Under the pieces are notes generated by a model. It was given only the letters and a program-made list of their open reading frames with translations. It made no database searches and was not told the origin of the DNA. Made by a program: the position numbers and the translations under genes. From Planctomycetota bacterium (GTDB taxonomy: Bacteria > Planctomycetota > Planctomycetia > Pirellulales > UBA1268): a stretch of 64,000 nt of DNA. Where the stretch lies: contig JAPOIM010000001.1 of assembly GCA_029978905.1 (NCBI GenBank), forward strand, positions 95,871-159,870, in the 5' to 3' direction. Below, piece after piece: positions 39,915 to 49,345 of the stretch (position 1 is its first letter; each line of letters starts with the position of its first letter).

Positions 39915-40922
39915 TCACGCTGACTCGCTCGGCCGAGGCATCCATCGACACAGGGCAAGCCCACCGAAGTAGAGAACGCAGAGCGGCAACGCCAAGAACA
40001 GCATGCTGTAGGGATCCGCGGGGGTGAGGATCGCGGCCACGATGAAGATCGCCACCACCGCCGTTCGCCACTGCGCGGCATAGGCCTCAGTCTCCACGAT
40101 GCCAATCCGCTCAAGGAAGAGCATCACCAGCGGCAGTTGGAATCCGATGCCAAAGCCGATCGGCAGCAGGAGCACAAAGCTCAGCCATTCGGTGATTCGG
40201 GGATCGGGATCCAGCCCAAGCCACTGATTGAAGGCGAGGAGATAGGCCAGCACAAAATCGAACACGAAAAAGAACGCCAGCGCCACGCCAGCCAGGAAGA
40301 GCCCCGTACTCACTGGCAGAAACACATGGACGTAGCGTTTCTCGTGGGGATAGAGGCCTGCCGCGACGAAGCTCCAGAGCTGGTAAAAAATCCACGGACT
40401 CGACAGCACCACGCCCACCACGAGCGCCGCTTTGACATAGATGCTGAAGGCCTCTTGGGCACTCAGCGTGGTGATATTCACTCGCGCGTCACGCGCAAGT
40501 GGCTGCCACAGCACCACGGGCACGAGTTCACCAAGGGGAAACTTTCCGTCGGCACTCGCGACCTCGCCTGCCGATCGGCCCAGGCGATCCACATGGATCT
40601 CTCGCACCTCAAACGAGAGGCCGTGCTGGGTCACCGCGTCGGTCATCTCTTCGACGCTATAGGGGATGCCCGCCGAGTCGGGTGTCCGCGGCTGCCACTC
40701 CTCCACGACCTTCGTCGACTGGTCGATGTAGTAATCACCGAGCGCCCTCCGCAGCGGCTGCTCGATGAGGTGCACAACGTCACGGCCAATCAGAAATCCG
40801 ATCACCACTCCCACAAGCAAGCCGAGCGACGCCTTGATCAGGCAGGTCCGGAGCTCCTCCAGGTGCTCCCCGAACGTCATCGTGGAGCTTTGAAACAGGT
40901 CTTCGTCGTGGGTGCGCGGCAT
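39915..40922 (-). CDS. tatC: Twin-arginine translocase subunit TatC (long form)
   Basis: MTFGEHLEELRTCLIKASLGLLV, SSPWIFYQLWSFVAAGLYPHEKR and ILTPADPYSM. The protein is 335 aa because the first extracytoplasmic loop is enlarged. Confidence 0.9.
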   Translation of the reverse strand: MPRTHDEDLFQSSTMTFGEHLEELRTCLIKASLGLLVGVVIGFLIGRDVVHLIEQPLRRALGDYYIDQSTKVVEEWQPRTPDSAGIPYSVEEMTDAVTQHGLSFEVREIHVDRLGRSAGEVASADGKFPLGELVPVVLWQPLARDARVNITTLSAQEAFSIYVKAALVVGVVLSSPWIFYQLWSFVAAGLYPHEKRYVHVFLPVSTGLFLAGVALAFFFVFDFVLAYLLAFNQWLGLDPDPRITEWLSFVLLLPIGFGIGFQLPLVMLFLERIGIVETEAYAAQWRTAVVAIFIVAAILTPADPYSMLFLALPLCVLYFGGLALCRWMPRPSESA

Positions 40923-41036
40923 GGGTCGTCCAGAAACGGGTTGTGATCAGCCGGCGGGCTGCTCCCACGATTTATACTCGATGTTACGTGGCGTTCAGAC
41001 AACGCAGCCCTCTCCCCGGAAAGCAGGCCAGTCACC

Positions 41037-42998
41037 GTGCCAGAGTCTGTCTCGTTTTTTGGCTGGCTGCGAACGCAGGGCTGCGGGCCAGGACGCGTAC
41101 TGCTGAAAGTCCTCGGCCTGCTGGTGATGGCGCTCACGACCCTCTCGCCACCGTGCATCGGGGCCCAGCGGGAGGGGGCGTCGTTCCCCGCAGCGTCGCG
41201 GCTCCCGCCCGCCCTTCGCACCCCGCTTCGCGAAGCGTGTGCCGCCGCCCGACACGCAACGAGCCTCGAGGAGATCCACGCCGCCCGCGTGAGCATCGAT
41301 CGCCTTGAGGAACGGCAGCAGCAGGCCACCCAGGCGTGGCTCGTGTCGCGTGAAGACGTGACCACGCCAAAAGAATCCCCCTCCCTCGACGTTGTCCCTG
41401 CAGACGTCCTGGTGCCACTCGATCGACTCCTGGAAACGCTTCGTCGCCACCTCACCGGCGCGGGTCACGCGGGGCTCCAACCCGGTGGACTCACCCCCTC
41501 CCAGGCCGCCAACCCAGCGTTTGCCCAAGCCATCAGCGACCGCGACATTGGGCACCTTCAGCGTCTCGCCCGTCAGACCTCGAGCGGCCAAACCCTGTTT
41601 GAGATCTGGCTCATGACGGGAGACCTGATGCTTGAGCGAGGGTGGACGTGTGCCGCGGCCGAGGCTTGGGGGCATGCGCGCACGCTCGCCGAGCAGATGC
41701 GAGACGACGACGCACTGACCAATGTTCGCCACCGAGAAGGCCTCCGCACAGCCCAGTCGCCCGCCGCAGACGCCACCTCCGGTGAACGTCGGCCCAGCAG
41801 ATCCTGGCAGCGACGCTGGCAGGCAGACCTCGCCGCGGATGCGCATACCCCGAGCAGCGGCGGCCATCCGCTCGCGCCAATCACGGTGGCGACCAGTCAC
41901 GATGCCTCGGGGGGACTCATCTGCTGGCATGCGGATGACAGTGTTCATGCCCGATCACTGACCGACGGCCGAGCACCATGGCAAGCCCACCAAGACGGCC
42001 CCGCCGGCAACCGTCTCTTTCCACCGCGCGGTGCCGCCCCTAGTGGCGTTCCCGCCTGGCCTCCGCAGGTGTTCCACGGCAGGTTGTTCACCGTTCTCAG
42101 CGAGGCACCTGCAACGCGAGCCATCGCAGCGGAAGGTCGTCGATCGGCATCGCGGCTGATCTGCCTCGACGTCACGGCTGCAGCCGAAGGCCGCCTGCTC
42201 TGGGAACGGCCGCTCGCCTCAACCAGAGGTGAAACGCTCGTGGGCCCACCAGCCTTCGGCCAAGGCTCTCGCAGCGAAGACCTCGCGGTTGTCTGCGTGC
42301 GAGGGGAGACGATTGACCTCATCGCGATTCGACTCCACGACGGCGAGGTTCTGTGGCGACGCCCTCTCGGCCTCCAGATCAACCAGGCTAGGGCAGGGGA
42401 CGCGCTTCCACAGCCAACCTTCGCGGAAGACCTTGTGATCGTTGCCGACGACGATGGAAGCGTGTGGGCGATCAACCTCGCTGGCGAGATCATGTGGGTT
42501 CGGCCCATGCACGCGTCACCGCACCCGGTCATCACGAGCAGCGGCACCGTGGCGGTGTGCGACGCGAGCGCCCATGACCTGATCGGTCTCGACCTCCGCA
42601 CAGGCTCGCGCCGCTGGCAGTTCCGCTCTTCAAGCCCCATTGGCTGGGTCGGCTGCGAGCAGGACCTCGTCGTAGCCCAGTCTTCCGACGGCTTCGTCAC
42701 GCTCCACGCGGTCGATGGATCGGTGGTCGCGAGCCGCTCGATTGCCGAGGCTTCCTCCTTCGGAAAAGCCCTCCTCGTCGCGGGCGACCTGTTCTGGCCC
42801 ATGCGATCCCCCCCGTCCAACGCGGTCCCCACCGTGCGCATCCTCAACCCGAGTACACTCGAGGCGTGCGAGACGCCGATCTTGCTGGAAGATCACGGAT
42901 CGCGCGGGATCGCCCTCGCCGCCAACGACGGGTGGTTGGTTGCCTACGATGGCACGTCGCTTCAGGTCTTTTCCTCTCCGCCACCATCGAATCCATGA
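41037..42998 (+). CDS. PQQ-like (BamB-type) beta-propeller repeat protein with an N-terminal helical region
   Basis: GTG start and hydrophobic N-terminus LLKVLGLLVMALTTL. Repeated propeller blades: DGEVLWRRPL, DDDGSVWAINLAGEIMWVRP, LIGLDLRTGSRRWQF, VTLHAVDGSVV. Confidence 0.7.
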   Translation: MPESVSFFGWLRTQGCGPGRVLLKVLGLLVMALTTLSPPCIGAQREGASFPAASRLPPALRTPLREACAAARHATSLEEIHAARVSIDRLEERQQQATQAWLVSREDVTTPKESPSLDVVPADVLVPLDRLLETLRRHLTGAGHAGLQPGGLTPSQAANPAFAQAISDRDIGHLQRLARQTSSGQTLFEIWLMTGDLMLERGWTCAAAEAWGHARTLAEQMRDDDALTNVRHREGLRTAQSPAADATSGERRPSRSWQRRWQADLAADAHTPSSGGHPLAPITVATSHDASGGLICWHADDSVHARSLTDGRAPWQAHQDGPAGNRLFPPRGAAPSGVPAWPPQVFHGRLFTVLSEAPATRAIAAEGRRSASRLICLDVTAAAEGRLLWERPLASTRGETLVGPPAFGQGSRSEDLAVVCVRGETIDLIAIRLHDGEVLWRRPLGLQINQARAGDALPQPTFAEDLVIVADDDGSVWAINLAGEIMWVRPMHASPHPVITSSGTVAVCDASAHDLIGLDLRTGSRRWQFRSSSPIGWVGCEQDLVVAQSSDGFVTLHAVDGSVVASRSIAEASSFGKALLVAGDLFWPMRSPPSNAVPTVRILNPSTLEACETPILLEDHGSRGIALAANDGWLVAYDGTSLQVFSSPPPSNP

Positions 42999-43990
42999 CT
43001 GCCCCCACGAAGCGACCGCCCCCCGTCACTCATGAAGTCGCCGAGCTTGCCAACACCGTAATGGAGGCTGTGGCCTCGCGAGTCGTCGGCCAGCAGGAAA
43101 CGCTGCGACAGCTCATGGTGAGTGTCCTCTGCGGCGGCCACTGCTTGCTGGAGGGCGTGCCTGGGGTTGCCAAAACGCTGATGGTCAAGTCGCTGGCCGA
43201 GGCGCTCGGCCTCCGCTACGGACGGATCCAGTTCACTCCCGACCTGATGCCGTCGGACATCACCGGCACCGATGTGCTCGAACAGAGCCCTGATGGCTCA
43301 CGGCACACCCGCTTCCTCCCCGGACCGCTGTTCACCGAGGTCCTTCTCGCGGACGAGATCAACCGCTCTCCTCCCAAGACACAGTCGGCCCTGCTCGAGG
43401 GAATGCAGGAGGGGCACGTGACGGTCGGCGGGCACAGACACCTGCTCCCCACGCCGTTCCTCACACTGGCCACCCAAAATCCTATCGAGCAGGAGGGCAC
43501 GTATCCTTTGCCCGAAGGACAGCGTGATCGCTTCTTGCTGATGATCCGTGTTGGTTATCCCTCCCGTGAGGATGAACTTGCCGTGGTCCAGCAGACGACC
43601 GCGGTGGTGTTGCCCGTAGTCGCTGCAGTGACCACCCGCGAGACGCTCCTGTCCGCCATGGAGATCGTGCGAGCCGTGCCGATCGCCGAACATGTGCTCG
43701 CAGCCTGCGTCGACCTCACCCGTCGCAGCCGTCCGCAGGACCCTCAAGCCCCCGCATGGCTCTCACCTCTGGTGCGATTCGGTGGAGGACCGCGTGCCAG
43801 CCAGGCTTTGGCGATGGCTGCGAAAGCGACGGCGGCCATGGAAGGCCGACCAGCCGTGGAGCGAGCCGACGTTCGCCGCTGTGCAGCAGCAGTCCTGCGG
43901 CACCGGCTTGTGCTGAGTTTTGCAGCGGAGTCGGAGGGGATAACCGCCGACACCGTCGTTGAGCGACTCGTCGAGGAAACCTTCACCTAA
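42995..43990 (+). CDS. MoxR-family AAA+ ATPase
   Basis: The ATG at 42995 overlaps the upstream stop (ATGA). Motifs are VVGQQETLRQLMVSVLCGGHCLLEGVPGVAKT, RIQFTPDLMPSDITG, LLADEINRSPPKTQSALLEGMQE and ATQNPIEQEGTYPLPEGQRDRF. Confidence 0.92.
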   Translation: MTAPTKRPPPVTHEVAELANTVMEAVASRVVGQQETLRQLMVSVLCGGHCLLEGVPGVAKTLMVKSLAEALGLRYGRIQFTPDLMPSDITGTDVLEQSPDGSRHTRFLPGPLFTEVLLADEINRSPPKTQSALLEGMQEGHVTVGGHRHLLPTPFLTLATQNPIEQEGTYPLPEGQRDRFLLMIRVGYPSREDELAVVQQTTAVVLPVVAAVTTRETLLSAMEIVRAVPIAEHVLAACVDLTRRSRPQDPQAPAWLSPLVRFGGGPRASQALAMAAKATAAMEGRPAVERADVRRCAAAVLRHRLVLSFAAESEGITADTVVERLVEETFT

Positions 43991-44070
43991 CGTGGACGGG
44001 ACGCACGCCGCTTCGTCCCGCCATCACGCGCCCGTCCTGCCAGCCCGTCCTTGCCTGAAGGTGTGCCTCG

Positions 44071-46569
44071 GTGACCATGCCCGCCGTCTTTGCCGGCCTG
44101 ATGTTCTCGAGTCCGTGGATGCTCGGCTTCCTCGTGGCGGTCGCGTTGCCATGGTGGCTCGCCTGGCGAGCCCAGCCGGCACCAAAGCGAGTGGATCTGG
44201 CGACCACCTCCCTCGTGATTGCGGCGGCTCGCCGTCACCTCCGCTGGCGACAGCCCCCCCACTGGCTGCTGCCCCTGCTGCGTTCGCTCATCCTCGTGGC
44301 GATCGCGGTCGCCGCCGCCGAGCCTGCCTGGAAGGGAGCGAAGACGGGAACCTTGGGGCCAACGCGGCGTGTCCTGCTTCTCGACGACGCAGCCGCCGAC
44401 ACGACCACCGCGCCGATGATGGCCGCCCTTGAGGCCCTCGCCGACCTCCAGGGCGACGGAAGGATGGTGCTGGAGCAGATGTCCGCCGCGAGCACGAGCC
44501 CCCAACAGATTCCACCCGACACAGCGCTCGTGATCCTTGCCGATGGGGCCGTGCCACCACGGCCGCTGCGGGCGTGGCTCGGCGCCTGGGTCGAAAGCGG
44601 AGGCGGCGTGCTCGCGCTCATTGGCCCGGAGAGCACCACCCCAGACGGTGCCTTGGGGCCGTGGTTGGCGGACCTTGCGGGTGTGCGCATCGCGGGTCAA
44701 CACAACGGTCCCGCCGAAGGCCTCCGGCGTCCGTTTGCCGCGGCGGGGTCGGCGGCGGTTCGCGGACCGACCGTACAGCGGTATGCGGAACTCGCGATCC
44801 TCCCGCAATCCCCTTCGAGTACGATCGCGCTCGCGGCTCCACAGACCTTCCTGGAAACGACGTCGTCGGAGCCGCTGCTCATCGCGCGAGGAGTGGGGCA
44901 GGGGCGGGTGGCGATCTCCGCGCTTCCTTGGACCCTGCCTCCCTCCGCGACGCTGTCAGACACGGCACGCTGGAGTGACCTTCCGGCATGGCCAGTATTC
45001 ACCTCGGTGGTGGAAGACCTCCTCGACACGTTCACGCCGACCTGGGATCACCTCACACCTCCGCCAACCGCCGCAGGTTCGCTCTGGCTCGCGACGCACG
45101 ACCTTGCCAGGCTCTGCCTTGTGGTGGCGCTCGCCCTGTTTGCTCTCGAAATGATCGTACGTCGCTCGTGGAAGGGGCCGCGCAAGCGTCCTGGTTGGGA
45201 TTGGCGATGCGGAGCCATTCAGGTGACGAGCCTTGCGCTGCTGACGCTGATGCTCCTTGGCGTGCGACATGCCTCGCCGACGCCACCGCCACGCGAGGCA
45301 CCTCAGCCATCGGAGACACTCGCGCTCACCGATCTGGTGATGCCACCAGTTGCCTGGATCGGTGATGCGATCGACGTTGAGGTCGTCGCCACACGCCGCC
45401 CATCGCCGGCACGCGGCTCAGGAGCAACCGGCCCAGTGGTCGAACTCGTCGACCAACTCGGTCGCGTAGTCAGCCAAGCCGCGCTCACCCCCACACCTGA
45501 AGCCTCTGACACGCACCGCGAAACCTGGCGAGCCCTGCTCTCATGGTCACCCGAGGACGCGGGCCTGCAACGCTTCACCGCGCGCCTGGCTGCATCCGAC
45601 GGCCCCACGGCAACCACCACCCTTGGCCACACGCTTCCCGCGATCTGTGGCGTTGCCGCAGCACCGCGGAGGGTGCTGATCATCGACGGCACCGCTCGCT
45701 GGGAGACACGGCATCTCGCTCGCATCCTTCGCAGCACCCCGGGAGTCGAGGTGCAGATGACGCTGCTGGAAGCAGATAGCGCCGTGCCCATCCCCACGAC
45801 CGCGGATGGAGTGGCCGCGTTTTCGACCGTGGTGCTGGGGGCCTTTGATCCTCGTGACCTTCCAAGCGGAGCGGCAGAGGCGATTGCCGCCGCAGTCCTC
45901 AAGCGGAGCGTCGGCGTTGTCTGGACACTCGACGGACGCTGCGACCTCGCGGCCCTCGCGGGCTCTCCCTTGGGAGCGATCCTTCCCTGCGTGCCGATCG
46001 ATCCAACGCTCTCGCGGCCAGTCGACCAACGCCTGCGGGTGCTCCCCACCCCAGCAACCGCCGGATTTCCCTGGATGGCCCCGCTCCTCCGCGCGGCCGA
46101 CCGGGCAGACAGCGAGGCGTCATTTCCTGCGCTCGCCCGCGCTCGCCACAGCACCGCGGTCGCTCCACTCCTGTTTGCTGCATCGCCCGCCTCGGAGAAT
46201 GCTTCCGACGCGAGTCCTGCGCTGCTCATCGACCACACGCCCACAGGGCGGGTGTTGGCCACGCTGGGGGTGACCTGGCGTTGGCGGGCAGGAGGAAGCA
46301 GCGATGACGTGGATGCCTTTTGGCGTTCGGCGGTGCGGTTCGTCGCCGAACCACATCTCACCCAGCAACTCGGCGAGCCTCTGAAAAGTGCGCTGCGCGA
46401 CGCGGAACGGCAGCGGCATGGCCTGCAAACTGCCGTCGGCCCAGCTCCCGACCACGCCGTATCCTTCAACGTGCCACGCAGCTCAGAGCCAGTCTGGAAT
46501 CATCCCTTGCTGATTGCGATCGTGATCCTTTGCCTCGCGACCAGTTGGAGGCTCTGCCGCAGTGAGTGA
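44071..46569 (+). CDS. BatA_N (aerotolerance-regulator N-terminal) domain membrane protein, 832 aa
   Basis: N-terminus FSSPWMLGFLVAVALPWWLAWRAQ, then a second TM segment WLLPLLRSLILVAIAVAAA. A large extracytoplasmic region follows, ending in the C-terminal TM segment LLIAIVILCLATSW. An alternative ATG is at 44077. Confidence 0.7.
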   Translation: MTMPAVFAGLMFSSPWMLGFLVAVALPWWLAWRAQPAPKRVDLATTSLVIAAARRHLRWRQPPHWLLPLLRSLILVAIAVAAAEPAWKGAKTGTLGPTRRVLLLDDAAADTTTAPMMAALEALADLQGDGRMVLEQMSAASTSPQQIPPDTALVILADGAVPPRPLRAWLGAWVESGGGVLALIGPESTTPDGALGPWLADLAGVRIAGQHNGPAEGLRRPFAAAGSAAVRGPTVQRYAELAILPQSPSSTIALAAPQTFLETTSSEPLLIARGVGQGRVAISALPWTLPPSATLSDTARWSDLPAWPVFTSVVEDLLDTFTPTWDHLTPPPTAAGSLWLATHDLARLCLVVALALFALEMIVRRSWKGPRKRPGWDWRCGAIQVTSLALLTLMLLGVRHASPTPPPREAPQPSETLALTDLVMPPVAWIGDAIDVEVVATRRPSPARGSGATGPVVELVDQLGRVVSQAALTPTPEASDTHRETWRALLSWSPEDAGLQRFTARLAASDGPTATTTLGHTLPAICGVAAAPRRVLIIDGTARWETRHLARILRSTPGVEVQMTLLEADSAVPIPTTADGVAAFSTVVLGAFDPRDLPSGAAEAIAAAVLKRSVGVVWTLDGRCDLAALAGSPLGAILPCVPIDPTLSRPVDQRLRVLPTPATAGFPWMAPLLRAADRADSEASFPALARARHSTAVAPLLFAASPASENASDASPALLIDHTPTGRVLATLGVTWRWRAGGSSDDVDAFWRSAVRFVAEPHLTQQLGEPLKSALRDAERQRHGLQTAVGPAPDHAVSFNVPRSSEPVWNHPLLIAIVILCLATSWRLCRSE

Positions 46570-49345
46570 CCAGCCCGCACACCGCCTTGAGACACGCCCC
46601 GGCATGTTTCCCGCCACCCTTCCAGCAACGGCCCTCGACGCCCGCCTCCGCCGCGTCGGCATGGCGCTCGAGGCCGCTCGGACGGTCGCGATCGGGAGCA
46701 CGTTTGCCACGAACATGGGCCTCGCGATAGGGCTGATTGGTCTGCTGCACCACCGGCTGAGCCCGCTGCCGTCGGGTGCGGGCGGGGCCGGGGCAATCCT
46801 CCTCTCGGCCGCGGCCGCGTGGGCTATGGCGCGGTGGCTGAAGCGCGCCACCCCATACCCAGGCGCATTGGCGACGAGCCTGCGACTGGAGCAGTCGACT
46901 CCGCGGCTTGGAGAACGCATCTCTCGCGCGGTGGGGCTGCCGGCGTCCCCACGTCGCGGTCTTCCCTCCATCGCGTCGCTGCAGGCTCGCCTGCAGGAGG
47001 CCGCGGTCCGCGACGCGACCGAAGCCCTCGCCACCATCCGCCTCCCTGCCTGGTGTGGTCGCCAAGTCGAGGTTCGCGCGGCCGCGGTGATGCTCACCAT
47101 GGCCTGCCTGGCATGGCTGGCGCTTGGTGGAGTGTGGACCGCGGGTTCCGAGGAGTGGCGAGCGGCGATCGCCGTGCAGTTCTGGGATCCGCCCAGCCCT
47201 GGGGTTGGTGCCCCGCGGCACAGGCATGAGGAGCAGACACCTCACCTCTCCACACCGGAGGCCACGCGCGCGGTCTACCTGGCGGTGGTTGATCTGCAGA
47301 GCAAATGGCACGCGATACCTGCTGCCGCCCCCGCCAGCCCAGCCGCGACCGCGGCGCTCGCGCGCGAGGCCGTGCGGGCAGAGGAAGCACTCACGCTTCA
47401 TACGCCCCCTGGCGAGCCTCCGCCGCTCGTGCTCGCGGCCTTGTCCAGAGGACTGACGAACGCCGCGTCGATGGCCGCCGACGGCGTGCCGAGCGACGAG
47501 GTGGCGGCGTTGCTTGAAGACCTGATCGCCATGGCGCGTGCCGCTGCAGGTCTCGCTGACGCAGCCGAGGTGATCGGCGAGGCCAGCCGCATGCTCTTCG
47601 CCGCTGCGGGCCGCTCAGCCGGTCTGGCCCATGACGAACTGAATGCGGCCGAACAGGCCTGGCGGGAGGACGTCCACCGCGCACTCGATGCCGTCGCCGC
47701 GGGCATCACGGCCGACGCCGACTACCTTGCACACCACGGCGTCGCCGCCGCGACGCAGGGCTCGATCTTCCTCACTGGCGATATCGCCGAAGCTGTGCAA
47801 GGCAACCGGCTGTTCCTTGCCGGCAAGACGCTCGCCGAGACCGCGGCCTCACTTACGGCCCTCGCTGACGCGCTGGCGATGCCGCCACTCACAGACCGCG
47901 CCGTGCCGAGTGTCGCCGCAACGGCCCGCCGCCGATTGGCTACTCTCCCCCAGCCTTCCAGCATCGACCTGCCCACAGAGCGCAGAGCCATCGCGCTGCC
48001 GAACGAGTCTCCTGGCCCCGCCGCATCCGAGACCGCCGTAGCGGCAGTCGACCCGGGCGATGTACCGGACGCTTCGCAGCCGCAGACCACCACGCAGGCA
48101 ACGTCGGCCGGCGGGGAACCGACTGGCCTCGCCGCCCAGAGTGGGAGCGCATCCCAAGCACGCGTCGAAGGCTCCGCGTCGCACGCCACGAGCGTCTGGA
48201 TTCCGCAGCCGACTCGTCCAGGCGAGACCGCGCCCCAGCCCGCCAACCGCACGCCTGCGGCAGCCCCAGGCTACTTCCGTCGACTGCTCAACGGCGCCAC
48301 TCCTGACCTCTCGCGGGAGTCGGCGGCCTTCCGCACAGCCGTCGCAAGCCTGGCCATCGCCGTCACGATGATGACCGAGGGTGATGCCGAGCCTGCCGAG
48401 AGCGTGCCCGACGCGCAGACCGCCTCCGCAGCAGTCGATCGAGGTGTCAGCTGGCTTGTTGCCGCCCAACAGCCAGACGGGTCATGGGGCTCCCAACGAT
48501 TTCGTGGCAGCGTGGCGGTGACCGCGCATGGCCTTCTTGCCCTTGCGTCGACAGGGAGCACGGGGTTTGCCGGCCCACATCGGGCGAGCGTGGAACGAGC
48601 GACCGATTTTCTCATCCGCCAGGCGGGCGATGACGGCCTGATCGCGGGCAACGAAGCGGCAGCCCATGGTCCGATGTATGGCCATGCCTACGCGGTGCAG
48701 GCCCTCGCCGAACTCTCCGGTGAATCCCCACGACCGGAACTCGCGGCGATCCTTCGCCGCGGCTGTCGGCTCATCGAGCAGACGCAAAACGAGGAGGGGG
48801 GATGGCGGTACCAACCCCGACAAGCCGACGCCGACATTTCCGTGACGGCTGCGATGGTGGTGGCCTTGGAGTCGGCAGCCGCGGCTGGCGTGTCGGTTTC
48901 CGAGACCACCCTCTCGCGGGCCACAGCCTATCTCCGAGGTCTGCAAAACACCGACGGAGGCTTTCGCTACCAGAAGGACGCCGGGCCGAGCGGGAGCGCC
49001 CGAACAGCTGCAGCCCTCGTGGCCCTCGCGGTCGCCGATGCTGCGCACGGAGAGACGCTCAGCACAGGCCGCGCGTGGCTGACGCGCCACCCGGTGTCGC
49101 GGGAGGCGGCCGATGGCTACACCGCCTACGGACTCCTCGCCAGTTCCACGGTGGCCTGGCAGATGGGGCCAGAACCTTGGGGGGCGTGGTATGCGTCGAC
49201 CGCGGGAGACCTGCTTGCCGCGCAGGCCCCGGATGGCTCTTGGGCCGATCCCTCGTGCGCAGAGTTCGGCACCGCCGCCGCTATTCTTTCGCTGACGACG
49301 GCAAATGGGCTGCTCCCAGGTTGGAAGCGAGGCACCACGCCATGA
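46562..49345 (+). CDS. Membrane protein with an Ala-rich central region and a C-terminal prenyltransferase/terpenoid-cyclase-like alpha/alpha-toroid repeat domain
   Basis: The GTG start overlaps the upstream stop. There are two N-terminal TM segments. C-terminal repeats are QQPDGSWGSQ, QNEEGGWRYQ, LQNTDGGFRYQ and QAPDGSWAD. Confidence 0.7.
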   Translation: MSDQPAHRLETRPGMFPATLPATALDARLRRVGMALEAARTVAIGSTFATNMGLAIGLIGLLHHRLSPLPSGAGGAGAILLSAAAAWAMARWLKRATPYPGALATSLRLEQSTPRLGERISRAVGLPASPRRGLPSIASLQARLQEAAVRDATEALATIRLPAWCGRQVEVRAAAVMLTMACLAWLALGGVWTAGSEEWRAAIAVQFWDPPSPGVGAPRHRHEEQTPHLSTPEATRAVYLAVVDLQSKWHAIPAAAPASPAATAALAREAVRAEEALTLHTPPGEPPPLVLAALSRGLTNAASMAADGVPSDEVAALLEDLIAMARAAAGLADAAEVIGEASRMLFAAAGRSAGLAHDELNAAEQAWREDVHRALDAVAAGITADADYLAHHGVAAATQGSIFLTGDIAEAVQGNRLFLAGKTLAETAASLTALADALAMPPLTDRAVPSVAATARRRLATLPQPSSIDLPTERRAIALPNESPGPAASETAVAAVDPGDVPDASQPQTTTQATSAGGEPTGLAAQSGSASQARVEGSASHATSVWIPQPTRPGETAPQPANRTPAAAPGYFRRLLNGATPDLSRESAAFRTAVASLAIAVTMMTEGDAEPAESVPDAQTASAAVDRGVSWLVAAQQPDGSWGSQRFRGSVAVTAHGLLALASTGSTGFAGPHRASVERATDFLIRQAGDDGLIAGNEAAAHGPMYGHAYAVQALAELSGESPRPELAAILRRGCRLIEQTQNEEGGWRYQPRQADADISVTAAMVVALESAAAAGVSVSETTLSRATAYLRGLQNTDGGFRYQKDAGPSGSARTAAALVALAVADAAHGETLSTGRAWLTRHPVSREAADGYTAYGLLASSTVAWQMGPEPWGAWYASTAGDLLAAQAPDGSWADPSCAEFGTAAAILSLTTANGLLPGWKRGTTP

